A stretch of DNA of 64,000 nucleotides. Origin: Microcoleus sp. (GTDB lineage: Bacteria > Cyanobacteriota > Cyanobacteriia > Cyanobacteriales > Microcoleaceae). Location: the NCBI GenBank assembly GCA_042408215.1, contig JAYFMW010000020.1, forward strand, positions 96,001-160,000, written 5' to 3'. A program made the translations under genes and the position numbers. The first letter of the stretch is position 1. Every line of letters begins with the position of its first letter. Of this stretch, positions 44,919-54,500 are shown piece by piece. Under the pieces are notes generated by a model that worked only from the letters and a program-made list of their open reading frames with translations, searched no databases and was not told the DNA's origin.

Positions 44919-45740
44919 TTATTTAGCTTTCGCTACAATCGCACTAGCGCGGCTATTTGTTGCCTCTGTCCAAAAAGATAAGCCATCAAATCGCTCAAAC
45001 AAATCGGGAGGTAAAATCGTTGTTCTCGGTTTAAACTCTACTTGAGAACGCACTTGATGTAACCCTTTTGTTTGCAGTCTATTATCAAATTCTGGCTCTT
45101 CATATTGAACATTCTCGAAATCATGCTCGAAAGGCTCTTCGCCCAGAAATTGATAAATTAATGACATAGTTTTAGCCGGCCCTTTGGTTAATAGATCGTA
45201 ATCTACCAGTAGAAGAGATGCACTCTGTTCGCTGTAGAATGCTTCTTTCAGGGCGTTATAGGCATAACCCACTAAACGCGAACCTTGACTTAATGCTTCG
45301 GTACGGCTATAAACTGTAGCCCGTTCTGCTGGATTATTAAATAACCTGGAAACATCAAAGGCGTTGCGCCGAATTAGTAGCTCGATGCTATCCATAATCC
45401 AAGCGATATTTCTGACACAACAGATAATTTTAGCTTCAGGAAATAGTTCCCGAATTAATGGCAGTTTGCTGCACCACAGGCGATTGGTGTCGAAGATTAT
45501 TTCTTTGTCAACTTGCGGGTGGTAATAGGCAGAAAAAATGCTCAGAATCAGCGCTCTTTTTTGTTCCTGTGAAATAAATACGGAAAACTCATTGTCTTCG
45601 CTCATGGCTTCTAACATTCGCTCTACTAAACCCCCCACTGGGCTAGTCATGGCCGCGTGAAACCGGGGATTTTGGCGCAATAAAGCGGCCAGTAAAGTAG
45701 AGCCTGAGCGTGGTAGTCCTGAGATGAAATGGGCTTTCAC
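44919..45740 (-). CDS. PAPS-dependent sulfotransferase family protein
   Basis: FISGLPRSGSTLL 5'-PSB loop and KIICCVRN...S 3'-PB motif. Confidence 0.92.
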   Translation of the reverse strand: MKAHFISGLPRSGSTLLAALLRQNPRFHAAMTSPVGGLVERMLEAMSEDNEFSVFISQEQKRALILSIFSAYYHPQVDKEIIFDTNRLWCSKLPLIRELFPEAKIICCVRNIAWIMDSIELLIRRNAFDVSRLFNNPAERATVYSRTEALSQGSRLVGYAYNALKEAFYSEQSASLLLVDYDLLTKGPAKTMSLIYQFLGEEPFEHDFENVQYEEPEFDNRLQTKGLHQVRSQVEFKPRTTILPPDLFERFDGLSFWTEATNSRASAIVAKAK

Positions 45741-45989
45741 TGACCTTGCGTTGCAATGGGGTTGTATAAATCATATGCGAGGTAAATATATCATAGTAAG
45801 GGCATATTTTTTGAGATTATATGTTTATTTAATATTTCTTAACACAACCTCAAGGTTTACGATATCTTTATAATCTAGACATGGTGAGTAGGGACACGGC
45901 ACTGCCGTGTCCCTACTTGGGATTTCTAGATTGTGTAACAGTTAAAAAAGCCAAAGTTCGCAAAAATTAAGGATGAAAAGATCATTTCG

Positions 45990-46275
45990 CGATTGAAATC
46001 GGGGCAACCACGGCTGGGCTGTTTCATTCTTTGTAGGGGCAATCCCTCGTGAAGAGCCCCGACCGCTGAAACAGCAGATTGTGGATGGGGAGGGACGGGG
46101 TACGACAAGAGTCAAAATCCTGATTTCCCTGAGAATGAAACAGCCCTGGGGCAACCACGGGGGATTGCCCCTACACAAACTTTCGTCCCTCTCTGCGGAG
46201 ACTAAGAAATAAGGGGGTATTTAAGCCGGATTTGGGATCGGTCATTTTGAGGACTTTAGTCCTCACTACAAACCT
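45990..46275. repeat. REP-like cluster (GTAGGGGCAATCCCCCGTGGTTGCCCC and GTAGTGAGGACTAAAGTCCTC types)
   Basis: Inverted copies at about 46033 and 46147-46174, and a further type at 46248-46269. Confidence 0.7.
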
Positions 46276-46287
46276 CACTTTTAACTT

Positions 46288-47004
46288 ATGAAATCCACTA
46301 ATATCAACCCAACAACTAACAAATTACCGATTTCTGAGCCGGTAATTTCTCTGCACAAACTCGACCACTACTTCGGTCAAGGTCAACTGCGAAAACAGGT
46401 ACTTTCTGACATAAACATAGAAATTAATGCAGGTGAGATTGTGCTGATGACCGGGCCTTCTGGTTCAGGAAAAACAACGCTTTTGACTTTGATTGGCGGA
46501 CTGCGATCGGGTCAATCTGGAAGTCTCAAAATTCTTGGTCAAGAGATGTGTCATGCGAGTTCAGATAAATTGGTAAAGACGCGGCGCAACATTGGCTATA
46601 TTTTTCAGGCGCACAACTTGCACCGCAGTTTAACAGCACTACAAAACGTGCAAATGGGTTTGGAAGTTCACGGCAATTTGTCGCGTTCCGAAATGGGCGA
46701 TCGCTCTGCAAAAATGCTAGAATTAGTAGGACTGGAAGAGCGGATTAACTATTATCCAGATGACTTGTCAGGGGGACAGAAACAAAGAGTTGCGATCGCC
46801 CGCGCTTTGGTTAGTCATCCGCAAATTGTTTTAGCTGACGAACCAACAGCGGCCCTGGACAGCAAATCCGGTCGCGAAGTGGTGAATTTGATGCAGAAAC
46901 TTGCCAAAGAGCAAGGTTGTACTATTCTGTTAGTAACCCACGACAATCGAATTTTGGATATTGCCGATCGCATTATTCATCTGGAAGATGGCAAATTAGC
47001 ATAA
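46288..47004 (+). CDS. devA: ABC exporter ATP-binding subunit, DevA family
   Basis: GPSGSGKTTLLTLIGGLRS, IFQAHNL, LSGGQKQRVAIARAL and VTHDNRILD. Confidence 0.95.
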   Translation: MKSTNINPTTNKLPISEPVISLHKLDHYFGQGQLRKQVLSDINIEINAGEIVLMTGPSGSGKTTLLTLIGGLRSGQSGSLKILGQEMCHASSDKLVKTRRNIGYIFQAHNLHRSLTALQNVQMGLEVHGNLSRSEMGDRSAKMLELVGLEERINYYPDDLSGGQKQRVAIARALVSHPQIVLADEPTAALDSKSGREVVNLMQKLAKEQGCTILLVTHDNRILDIADRIIHLEDGKLA

Positions 47005-47005
47005 A

Positions 47006-47153
47006 TAGTTATTTGTTAGTTGTTAGTTGTTATTTGCGGTGCCCTGAGCGTAGTCGAAGGGTTATTGGTTATTTGCGGTGCCCTGAGCGTAGTCGAAGGG
47101 CACCGCAACTAACCAATAACAACTAACCAATAACAACTAACCCATAACTCATA
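47006..47153. repeat. Inverted heptamer arrays around a duplicated TTGCGGTGCCCTGAGCGTAGTCGAAGGG; probable bidirectional hairpin
   Basis: GTTATTG-type and CAATAAC-type arrays face each other between convergent genes. Confidence 0.7.
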
Positions 47154-47154
47154 A

Positions 47155-48192
47155 CTAATGGGTAACAACCAATCCTTGGCGGTAAATCCCCAAATTCTTC
47201 TGATACATTGCTTCGAGTTTGGGCATCGAGGATTCCACAGAACCGCCAAAACGCCGAAAAGAAGGCCAGATGTCAGCGAGTTTTTTCACTGCTGACGACC
47301 ATCGACCCGCTTCTATATCTCCTAAGGCACCTTGTTCTCGGATTAATTCTATAGCTACAAGGTCTTGATTTTGCGGGCTGAAATCGTTGACACCAAATTT
47401 TTGGGCGAACCTGTCCCAGGTGGTGCTGAGAAACTGATATCGCCCCGCTGCGTCGGAACAGAGTTTTTTGCCGTAGCGGCGGCCGCACTTCATTTCCCTG
47501 GGATGGTCACTGAAACTGGCAAATTTGGTGCCGGTGTACTGAGTGCGGTAGCCATCGGGTGTAGCGGTGCCTTCGGCGGCGGCGATGGTGTCGAGAAAGG
47601 CTTTGACTCGATCGCGCTCGATGTTATGCTCTCCTTTGTCTGGTGACTTCAGCGTTGGAGTTTCCGGCTGTCGATCGCCCTCAATGTTATGCTCTCCTTT
47701 GTCTGGTGCATCGATGGCTGCAACGGACGGCCGGCGTTTCGGGGCGGGCGAGCTTTCTGCCGAGACTGATTGTCCCCACAGTCTGGGGGTGATTCGACTT
47801 AAGAAAAAACAAAAACAGATGCACAAACTCCAGGAGAGTTTAAAACCGAGGCGTTTGGGGCGTTTAGTGCTCACCACCGGCCACCCGTACATGGGGATTG
47901 CTGCGGGCAAAATTCCCGTTTGCTGACCGAAGGCGAACAGCGATTTCAGCGCTAGCAAAGTTTGCTTGCAGAGACTGGGTGCAAGTTTGTGAGCTCTCAT
48001 CTGCGCGGCGAAAGTCTCGACATCTGCCAGAGTAACTTGTGCTAACGGTTTTTCTACAAACAGCAGAAACTGGTTTGCCACCAGCCTGCTAAAGCCCTGG
48101 CTGCGGGGGGCTTGGCGCTTTACCCACAGACGAATTAGCTCGATGTCGTCCATAGGGTAAAGATGGTTTTCCAGATGTTCTTGTGCGTACAA
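47155..48192 (-). CDS. Fusion: integrase N-terminal SAM/core-binding-like domain + hydrophobic segment + lambda-lysozyme-like (GH104) domain
   Basis: C-terminal VKAFLDTIAAAEGT, SDAAGRYQFLSTTWD and FSPQNQD. N-terminal KPLAQVTLADV...LKSLFAFG. AGGAGG precedes the TTG start. Confidence 0.85.
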   Translation of the reverse strand: MYAQEHLENHLYPMDDIELIRLWVKRQAPRSQGFSRLVANQFLLFVEKPLAQVTLADVETFAAQMRAHKLAPSLCKQTLLALKSLFAFGQQTGILPAAIPMYGWPVVSTKRPKRLGFKLSWSLCICFCFFLSRITPRLWGQSVSAESSPAPKRRPSVAAIDAPDKGEHNIEGDRQPETPTLKSPDKGEHNIERDRVKAFLDTIAAAEGTATPDGYRTQYTGTKFASFSDHPREMKCGRRYGKKLCSDAAGRYQFLSTTWDRFAQKFGVNDFSPQNQDLVAIELIREQGALGDIEAGRWSSAVKKLADIWPSFRRFGGSVESSMPKLEAMYQKNLGIYRQGLVVTH

Positions 48193-48553
48193 GAGTACCT
48201 CCTGATATCACTTCCGGTTGAAATTTCCCTGTTTGTGGATTTGTGATTTTTGATTGGTTCCGCAGTGGAAATTCAGGTGTTGTACGGAACCAAATTGCCA
48301 ACGGGCGATCGCAAATCTCAAATTTCTCCGTATAAACCGAGGGGTAGGGACAGGGATCAAGACAAACTTGCTTCAACCATATTCAGTGATACTACTAAGT
48401 GTTCGCGGGGTCAAGTTGATTGGCCGATTTGGCGATGGGCTGAGTCTAAAATTTGGCGATGACCGAGGCACCGCCGTCCCAATTGACATAGGTTTCAAGG
48501 TGCGGGCGGCCGACTAGCTCAAAAGCGATCGCGCATTTTTTTGCGATCTAATA

Positions 48554-49471
48554 TTAAGAACTCTTCCGCTGTTTGGGTGCGGAGGATTGCAACTGTTGCT
48601 GATGGAGGAGATTCTTTCGTTTAGCCAGCATCAGGGAACCGTAGCGGTTAGCCCAAACTTGAGTAAACTCAGCACCTAAGAACAGAATCTGAGCCGAATA
48701 ATTGATCCAAAGTAAGATAATCACGAAGGAACCAGCAGCACCGTAGGTAGAGGCGATACCGCTACCTCCGAGGTAAATTCCAATTAGGGATTTGCCGATC
48801 GTAAACAACACGGAGGTGATAGCTGCGCCGATCCAAACATCGTTCCAAGCCAGATTAACATCGGGCAATAGTTTGTAAATTAAGGCAAACAGCAGCGTGA
48901 CTACACCAAAAGAAATGGCAAAGTCTACAATCTGCCAAATGCCGACGGGTAAGTGCAGCCAGCCGTTCAACCAATAGCTAACGGCTGCTAAAAGGGCGCT
49001 AATTACCAAAGAAACTAGCAGTAAAAAGCCTATGCCTAAAATCATGGCAAAAGACAGTACCCGGTCTTGCAAAAAGCCCCAGACGCCTCGTCCGGGGGCT
49101 GGTTTAACATTCCAAATAGTATTGAGGGCTTCTTTAAGATTAGTAAAAACGTTGGAAGCGCCCCACAAAAGTGTAGCAACCCCGACTAAGGTAGCAATCA
49201 TTCCCGATTTAGGTTCGGAGGCTTTGACGATCAAGTCTTGGACTGTTTGGGCGCCATCTTTGCCGATTAAACTTTGGAGTTGGGCGACGATTTGGCCTTG
49301 GGCTGCGTCGGCACCAAAGACTAAACCGGCGATCGCAATCACGATAATTAGCAGCGGGGCGAGAGAAAATACTGTGTAATACGCCAGGGCTGCTGCTAGG
49401 GTTGGCGCTTTATCTTCTTGCCATTCACTAAAAGTTTGTTTTAATAGCGATAAGACTGTTTTTAAGTTCAC
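48554..49471 (-). CDS. YihY/virulence factor BrkB family membrane protein
   Basis: LAAALAYYTVFSLAPLL and YGAAGSFVIILLWINYSAQILFLGAEF. Confidence 0.95.
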   Translation of the reverse strand: MNLKTVLSLLKQTFSEWQEDKAPTLAAALAYYTVFSLAPLLIIVIAIAGLVFGADAAQGQIVAQLQSLIGKDGAQTVQDLIVKASEPKSGMIATLVGVATLLWGASNVFTNLKEALNTIWNVKPAPGRGVWGFLQDRVLSFAMILGIGFLLLVSLVISALLAAVSYWLNGWLHLPVGIWQIVDFAISFGVVTLLFALIYKLLPDVNLAWNDVWIGAAITSVLFTIGKSLIGIYLGGSGIASTYGAAGSFVIILLWINYSAQILFLGAEFTQVWANRYGSLMLAKRKNLLHQQQLQSSAPKQRKSS

Positions 49472-49812
49472 GGCATTTAGTCGGATTTACTTATTGTTCA
49501 CAAGCAGATTTTACGAAGTCAAGAGTTTTTTAGCGTCAGCCACAAGATAGATTTATGGATCGGCAAATTACCTTTTTTATCTGTTTTGAACGAACCGCGA
49601 AGACGCTCATAGCGCGTTCGGCGAAGCCGTTCCCGAAGGGTAGGAAGAAAAGAGAAGGGAAGAGAAAGAGTTTACAAGTTTTACGGGTGTGCAGTAGGCA
49701 CTTACGAATACGGGTAGTGCGGATATCCGAAATGTGTGGCGATAAACCTATCTAAATCGCAAGCTAAAATAAAAGAATTAACCGAAAACATCTATAATAT
49801 TAGATATCTATC

Positions 49813-50709
49813 TTGAACAGCATTACTTCCCTAGAAATAGAAGTCGCCGAAACACTGCTGAGGTTGGCGATGTTGCTCGGCTTAACACTCTTAATCGCCT
49901 TTTTCGTGGCATCAGAATTGGCTTTAGTATCAGCAGACAGGCATCAAATCCGCCAACTCGCGCAGTTGTCCGACTCTCCAAAAACCGCCGCATCCGCCCA
50001 ACTCGTCCACCAAGCTCAAAACGACATCCCCCATTACCTATCCGTCACCCAAACGGGTACAACAGCAGGGAGTTTGCTCTTAGGTTGGCTGGGCGAAGGA
50101 GCGACGGTGCATTGGATCGAACCGTGGATTGACAAATTGCCTCTAGGTGATTTTCCCGCGATGCTGACTGCTCATGCGATCGCAGTTCCAGTAGCTTTCG
50201 TCTTAGTAACCTACGTGGAGATAGTCTTAGGAGAACTCATCCCCAAAGTATTAGCAAACCACGCCCCAGAACGCACCGCTTTACTGCTGATACGTCCCCT
50301 GAAAATCTGCTCTAATTTGCTGTGGCCATTGCTAGCAATTCTCAACGGTACTGTGCGGCTGATGACTGGTTGGATTACCCGCAATGAATCTCCACCTTTA
50401 CTATCATCTTCGGAGGCAACTATCGTTCAAAACGACGCACATTCTGTACTGCTTTCTGGGGGATGGGAAGTGACAGTAGTCAACGAAAAACTGGGATTAA
50501 AACTACCAACTAACGAGGCTTATAAAACAATAGCTGGATTTATGATTCACCATTTGGGTAAACTGCCAAATCAAGGGGAGCGATTGTTGTGGGGTGAGTT
50601 GGAAATAGAAGCAGCAAATGTAGTAGAAGGCAGTTTAGAAACAGTGCTGCTGCGTCAGGTAACTCGTCCTTTGTTTGAGACTCAACAGCCAGAACTTGTG
50701 TTGAATTGA
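49813..50709 (+). CDS. CNNM/DUF21 + CorC/HlyC domain protein without CBS pair
   Basis: FFVASELALV, QTGTT..SLLLGWLGE and VLGELIPK, then directly YKTIAGFMIHHLGKLP. Confidence 0.85.
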   Translation: MNSITSLEIEVAETLLRLAMLLGLTLLIAFFVASELALVSADRHQIRQLAQLSDSPKTAASAQLVHQAQNDIPHYLSVTQTGTTAGSLLLGWLGEGATVHWIEPWIDKLPLGDFPAMLTAHAIAVPVAFVLVTYVEIVLGELIPKVLANHAPERTALLLIRPLKICSNLLWPLLAILNGTVRLMTGWITRNESPPLLSSSEATIVQNDAHSVLLSGGWEVTVVNEKLGLKLPTNEAYKTIAGFMIHHLGKLPNQGERLLWGELEIEAANVVEGSLETVLLRQVTRPLFETQQPELVLN

Positions 50710-50749
50710 ATAGCCGTTTTTAATAGGAGTAGGGACACTCAAGCGTGCC

Positions 50750-50980
50750 CATTGGTGTCAACTTAACGTCAAACCCAGTCAGAGAATGCTGTTTGACTAT
50801 TAAGCCTAGATCCCCCCGCATTCTTGCCCCCTACTCCCCCTTCTTAAGGGGGGGACAAGAGTCTTCTCAAAGTCAACCCCTACTCACACCCTACTCCCTT
50901 TTTAAGGGGGATTTAGGGGGATCTGGACTCAGGTAAAAACGAGATTTATCAAGGCTTTCAGGCTTAAGTTGACACCTATG
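50750..50980 (+). mobile_element. MITE-like element, family A, copy 3, inside a degenerate REP
   Basis: CATTGGTGTCAACTTAA...TTAAGTTGACACCTATG, flanked by GTAGGGACAC and GGCACTGCCGT. Confidence 0.85.
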
Positions 50981-51161
50981 GGCACTGCCGTCTCCTCTTA
51001 CGGACACGACAATTAGGAGGACACGACAATTAGGAGGACACGACAATGCCGTGTCCCTACTGGCGATCGGGTTAAAACAATGTTAGGTTGTAATTGGTCG
51101 CTCAGTGCGACCACCTACCAGAAATCTGCAAATTGCATAAAGCAAAGTTTATGAGGTGGAT

Positions 51162-51356
51162 ATGCTGAAAACACTTTGGGCTACTGTTCGACAAGGGAAA
51201 ATTGAACTGCTGGAGTTATCAGAGTTACCCGAAGGGGCCAAAGTATTAGTAACACTCTTACCTGATGAAGAAGCTGAGTTTTGGCTTCAATCCAGTCAAA
51301 CATCACTAGACACAGTTTGGGATAATACTGAGGATTCAGATATTCGCTTAATTTAA
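51162..51356 (+). CDS. Small antitoxin-like protein (DUF104/AF2212-like); no toxin follows
   Basis: GKIELLE...LPEGAKVLVTL and FWLQSSQTSL..VWDN.ED pattern, recalled from cyanobacterial antitoxin-like proteins. Confidence 0.55.
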   Translation: MLKTLWATVRQGKIELLELSELPEGAKVLVTLLPDEEAEFWLQSSQTSLDTVWDNTEDSDIRLI

Positions 51357-51511
51357 CCGTTCCCAGATATATTCATAATATTTGAAGCATTTCTTTTGCC
51401 CTTAAAAATCAAGCATATTTCAGTTTGTGAAGTAGGGACACGGCACTGCCGTCTCCTCTTACGGACACGGCAGTGCCGTGTCCCTACAGATATCCTCTAC
51501 TCCGCCTTTCA

Positions 51512-54500
51512 TCACCCAACAGCCACCTTAACCCCACCCCCAACAAACTGCTCGTAATCCGTCAACAACCACTCCGGCAAACAAGTATTAGCATCCTCCA
51601 CCCGCAACTGTCCAGCGCGACAAAACAGCATCGCAGCTAACAAATAATTCACAGCTTTCGGCCTTCCAAACCCTAGACTTAACTCAGCAACTAACGAATT
51701 AAAAACAGCACGTTCCGTTTCATTCAACGGCTCGTTAATAAACCCACTAGCGAGCATTGCTTTGTAACCTTTACCGAAATCGCTCCGGTACAAAACTTCT
51801 AGTTGTTCCTCGGAAACACTCACCCACAAATCAGAAATTTGCTGGCGAATTTGCCGCAAATCTGCTATCACCAATTCCGCCGTCGGGTCGATCTTATAAA
51901 GATTGATACCAGCAGTTAATTGATTGATAAATTGCGGCAGATAATCTTGTTTAACCAAGGTTTGTTCTGTTTGAGCCAATGCACTTTCAAACACCTTTTC
52001 GTAATCGTCAATCAACCACTTTGGCAAACGAGTGTTAGCATCGGGAACCCGCATTTTACCAGGCACAAAATACAACATCGCACCCAACAAAGAATTGATA
52101 GCTTGCGGATGCACTAAGCCTTTGCTAATTTCAGTCAACTGCTCCAAAAACTTCTGTTCGGCGTCAGTCATTGATTCTGCTTGCAAGCCAGATTTAAGTA
52201 TTGCTTGATATCCTTTGCGAACTTCGCCTTGATAAAAAGTTTCCAGTTTTTCTGGCGGAACAGTTAGCCAAAAATCCGCCAGTTGTTTTCTGATTTGGCG
52301 GAGTTCCAAAACAACTGATGCGTCAGATGAATCAATGCGATAGAGATTAACGCATCCTAATAATTGATTGACAAACTGCGGGGATTGAATGTATTGAGCT
52401 AGCAAGTCAGAACTCGATTGGTAATTGACAGCATTCTCTGGCTCAAAAACTTGTTCGTAATCGCCGATTAACCATTGCGGCAAACGGTTGCGAGCATCGG
52501 GAATTCGCATGGTTTCCGGTGGGAAATATAGCATCGCTGCGAGCAGGGCATTGAGAGCTTTGGGATGTACTAATCCTTTGCTAATCTGGGTTAATTGCTG
52601 CAAAAATCTTTGTTCGTCTTCCATCATTGGTTGATGTTGAAAGCCGGAAGCTAGCAGAATTTGGTAGCTTTTTCCTGAATCGCCTTTGTAGGCATTTTCT
52701 AGATTCTCAACGGAAACGTTTAGCCAGAAATCGGCTATTTGTTTGCGGATTTGACGTAATTGTGAGATGGCTGATATATTGGAGGAATTGGTTTGGTAGA
52801 GTTTGACGGTATTCAATAGGCGATCGCCCAAAGTGGCCGGTTTGGGAATGCTATCCTGTAGGATGCGGGATGTTGCTTGGTGGCTGGTTTGCCATTTGTG
52901 AAAGAGTTGTTGAAATAATTTTGCGATCGCCCCTGAATATGCAACACTATCAAAACAAGCGGGATTGGCTTGCATTTTCTGCTGAATTTCCTGGCGATAG
53001 CGCTGCCGCAATTCAGGATTAGTAGCGAGAGTAACGGCTAGCTGAATATAAGATGCTTCGCTATGGGTAATTAAATCTGGCATTTGTAATTCCCGCAGCA
53101 TCGCCGAACCTTGCCGAAACCGCAAAGCATTTCCTTCCACAACCACCGTCGGTAATCCTACTTGCAAAGGATCGATTAACGATGTCGCCCCAGCGTAAGG
53201 ATAGGAATCGAGATAAACATCTGCTAGCTGCAAAAATTCTTTCACATCTGCGCGACTAGGCAGTTGTTTTACGAACCGCAAACGGTTGTTATTCACGCCG
53301 TATTTAGCGCATACAGCATTCAGATTGTTGACAAAAGGTGTGATTGGATAACTGCGAGTCCAAGCGGGGCCAAAGGGATATAAAATCAAGATTGAATTAG
53401 GTACTGACGCTAAAATCTTTACCCAAGTTTCTCTCAATTCCGGTAGAATTTTATAGAAGTTTGCGCCGGAGATAAAAACTGTTGTTTTGTCGTCTATTCC
53501 CAGACTTTTGCGGGTAGGTTTAACTGTAGCAACTTCCGATTCCGTTGCATATTTGAAACAAAAACCACTGCCTTCAAGAGTAGCTAATTGTTCCCGATAT
53601 TGTTCTTGATATGTAGCATCAGGAACCGTAAAGTTTCCCGCAATGTAGTAATCCATGTGCCTGATTCCCGTGGTAGTCGGGGAACAGAAAGATGTCGTTT
53701 GTACCCGCGCCAAACGGTGCATTGCTAGTGAAACCAACGGTTTGTTAACAGCAGTTAAATTAGTACCAAAAAACAGGATATCTAAGTCATCGGCGCGAAT
53801 TGTTTGGACTTGAGTTGCAAAGTCTGTGGGGAGTGTCACTAGCTTATCGGCGCGACTTTGGCAATACTGTTCTAATTGGTGTCCGTTGGTGTTGAGCGCA
53901 TAGAGAATAATCTCGAATTGGTTGCGGTTTAAATGCTCGAAAACCGGGATGGTGGCGAAGGTTTCGGTTTGGGGTGTGAAATGGTCGTTGATGATGCCGA
54001 GGCGGATTTTTGTCCGATTTGGCGATCGCCCTGGGAAGATACAATCAATGGAACTACCGCGACTTTTGAGTGCAAACTCGATAATATCTGCCCGTTTGGT
54101 GTAAAGATCGCGCAGGTTTGCAGTTGTGAAGTACAGCGGGATAAAGTTAGCAACTTGGGAGAAAAAGAAAGCAATGTTTTGCCAAAGTTGGGCATCGGGA
54201 TTTTTGAAGATATTACTATGAATGTAATTCACCCATCCTTGGATATATTGATAGTAATTGTCTGCTTCTCCGATGTTTTGAAATAAGTTCGGAGAGGCAA
54301 ACATAAATTTGAGATAGTCGTTGGCAAACCAGTTGGGAATTTGAGCGCGATCGTACTTAAGTGGCAATTGATCGGCGCGTCGGTACAACATGGCTGCTAG
54401 CAGGTAATTGATGGCTTTGGGGTCATTAAATCCTTTGGCAATATATGCTGTTAGTTCATTGACAAAAGTCTCTTCTGTATCCGTTAGCGGTTCATATTTA

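Noticed and set aside
47155..48192. Prophage, suggested by integrase-like and lysozyme domains
   Set aside because: No catalytic recombinase domain, holin, structural or replication genes nearby.
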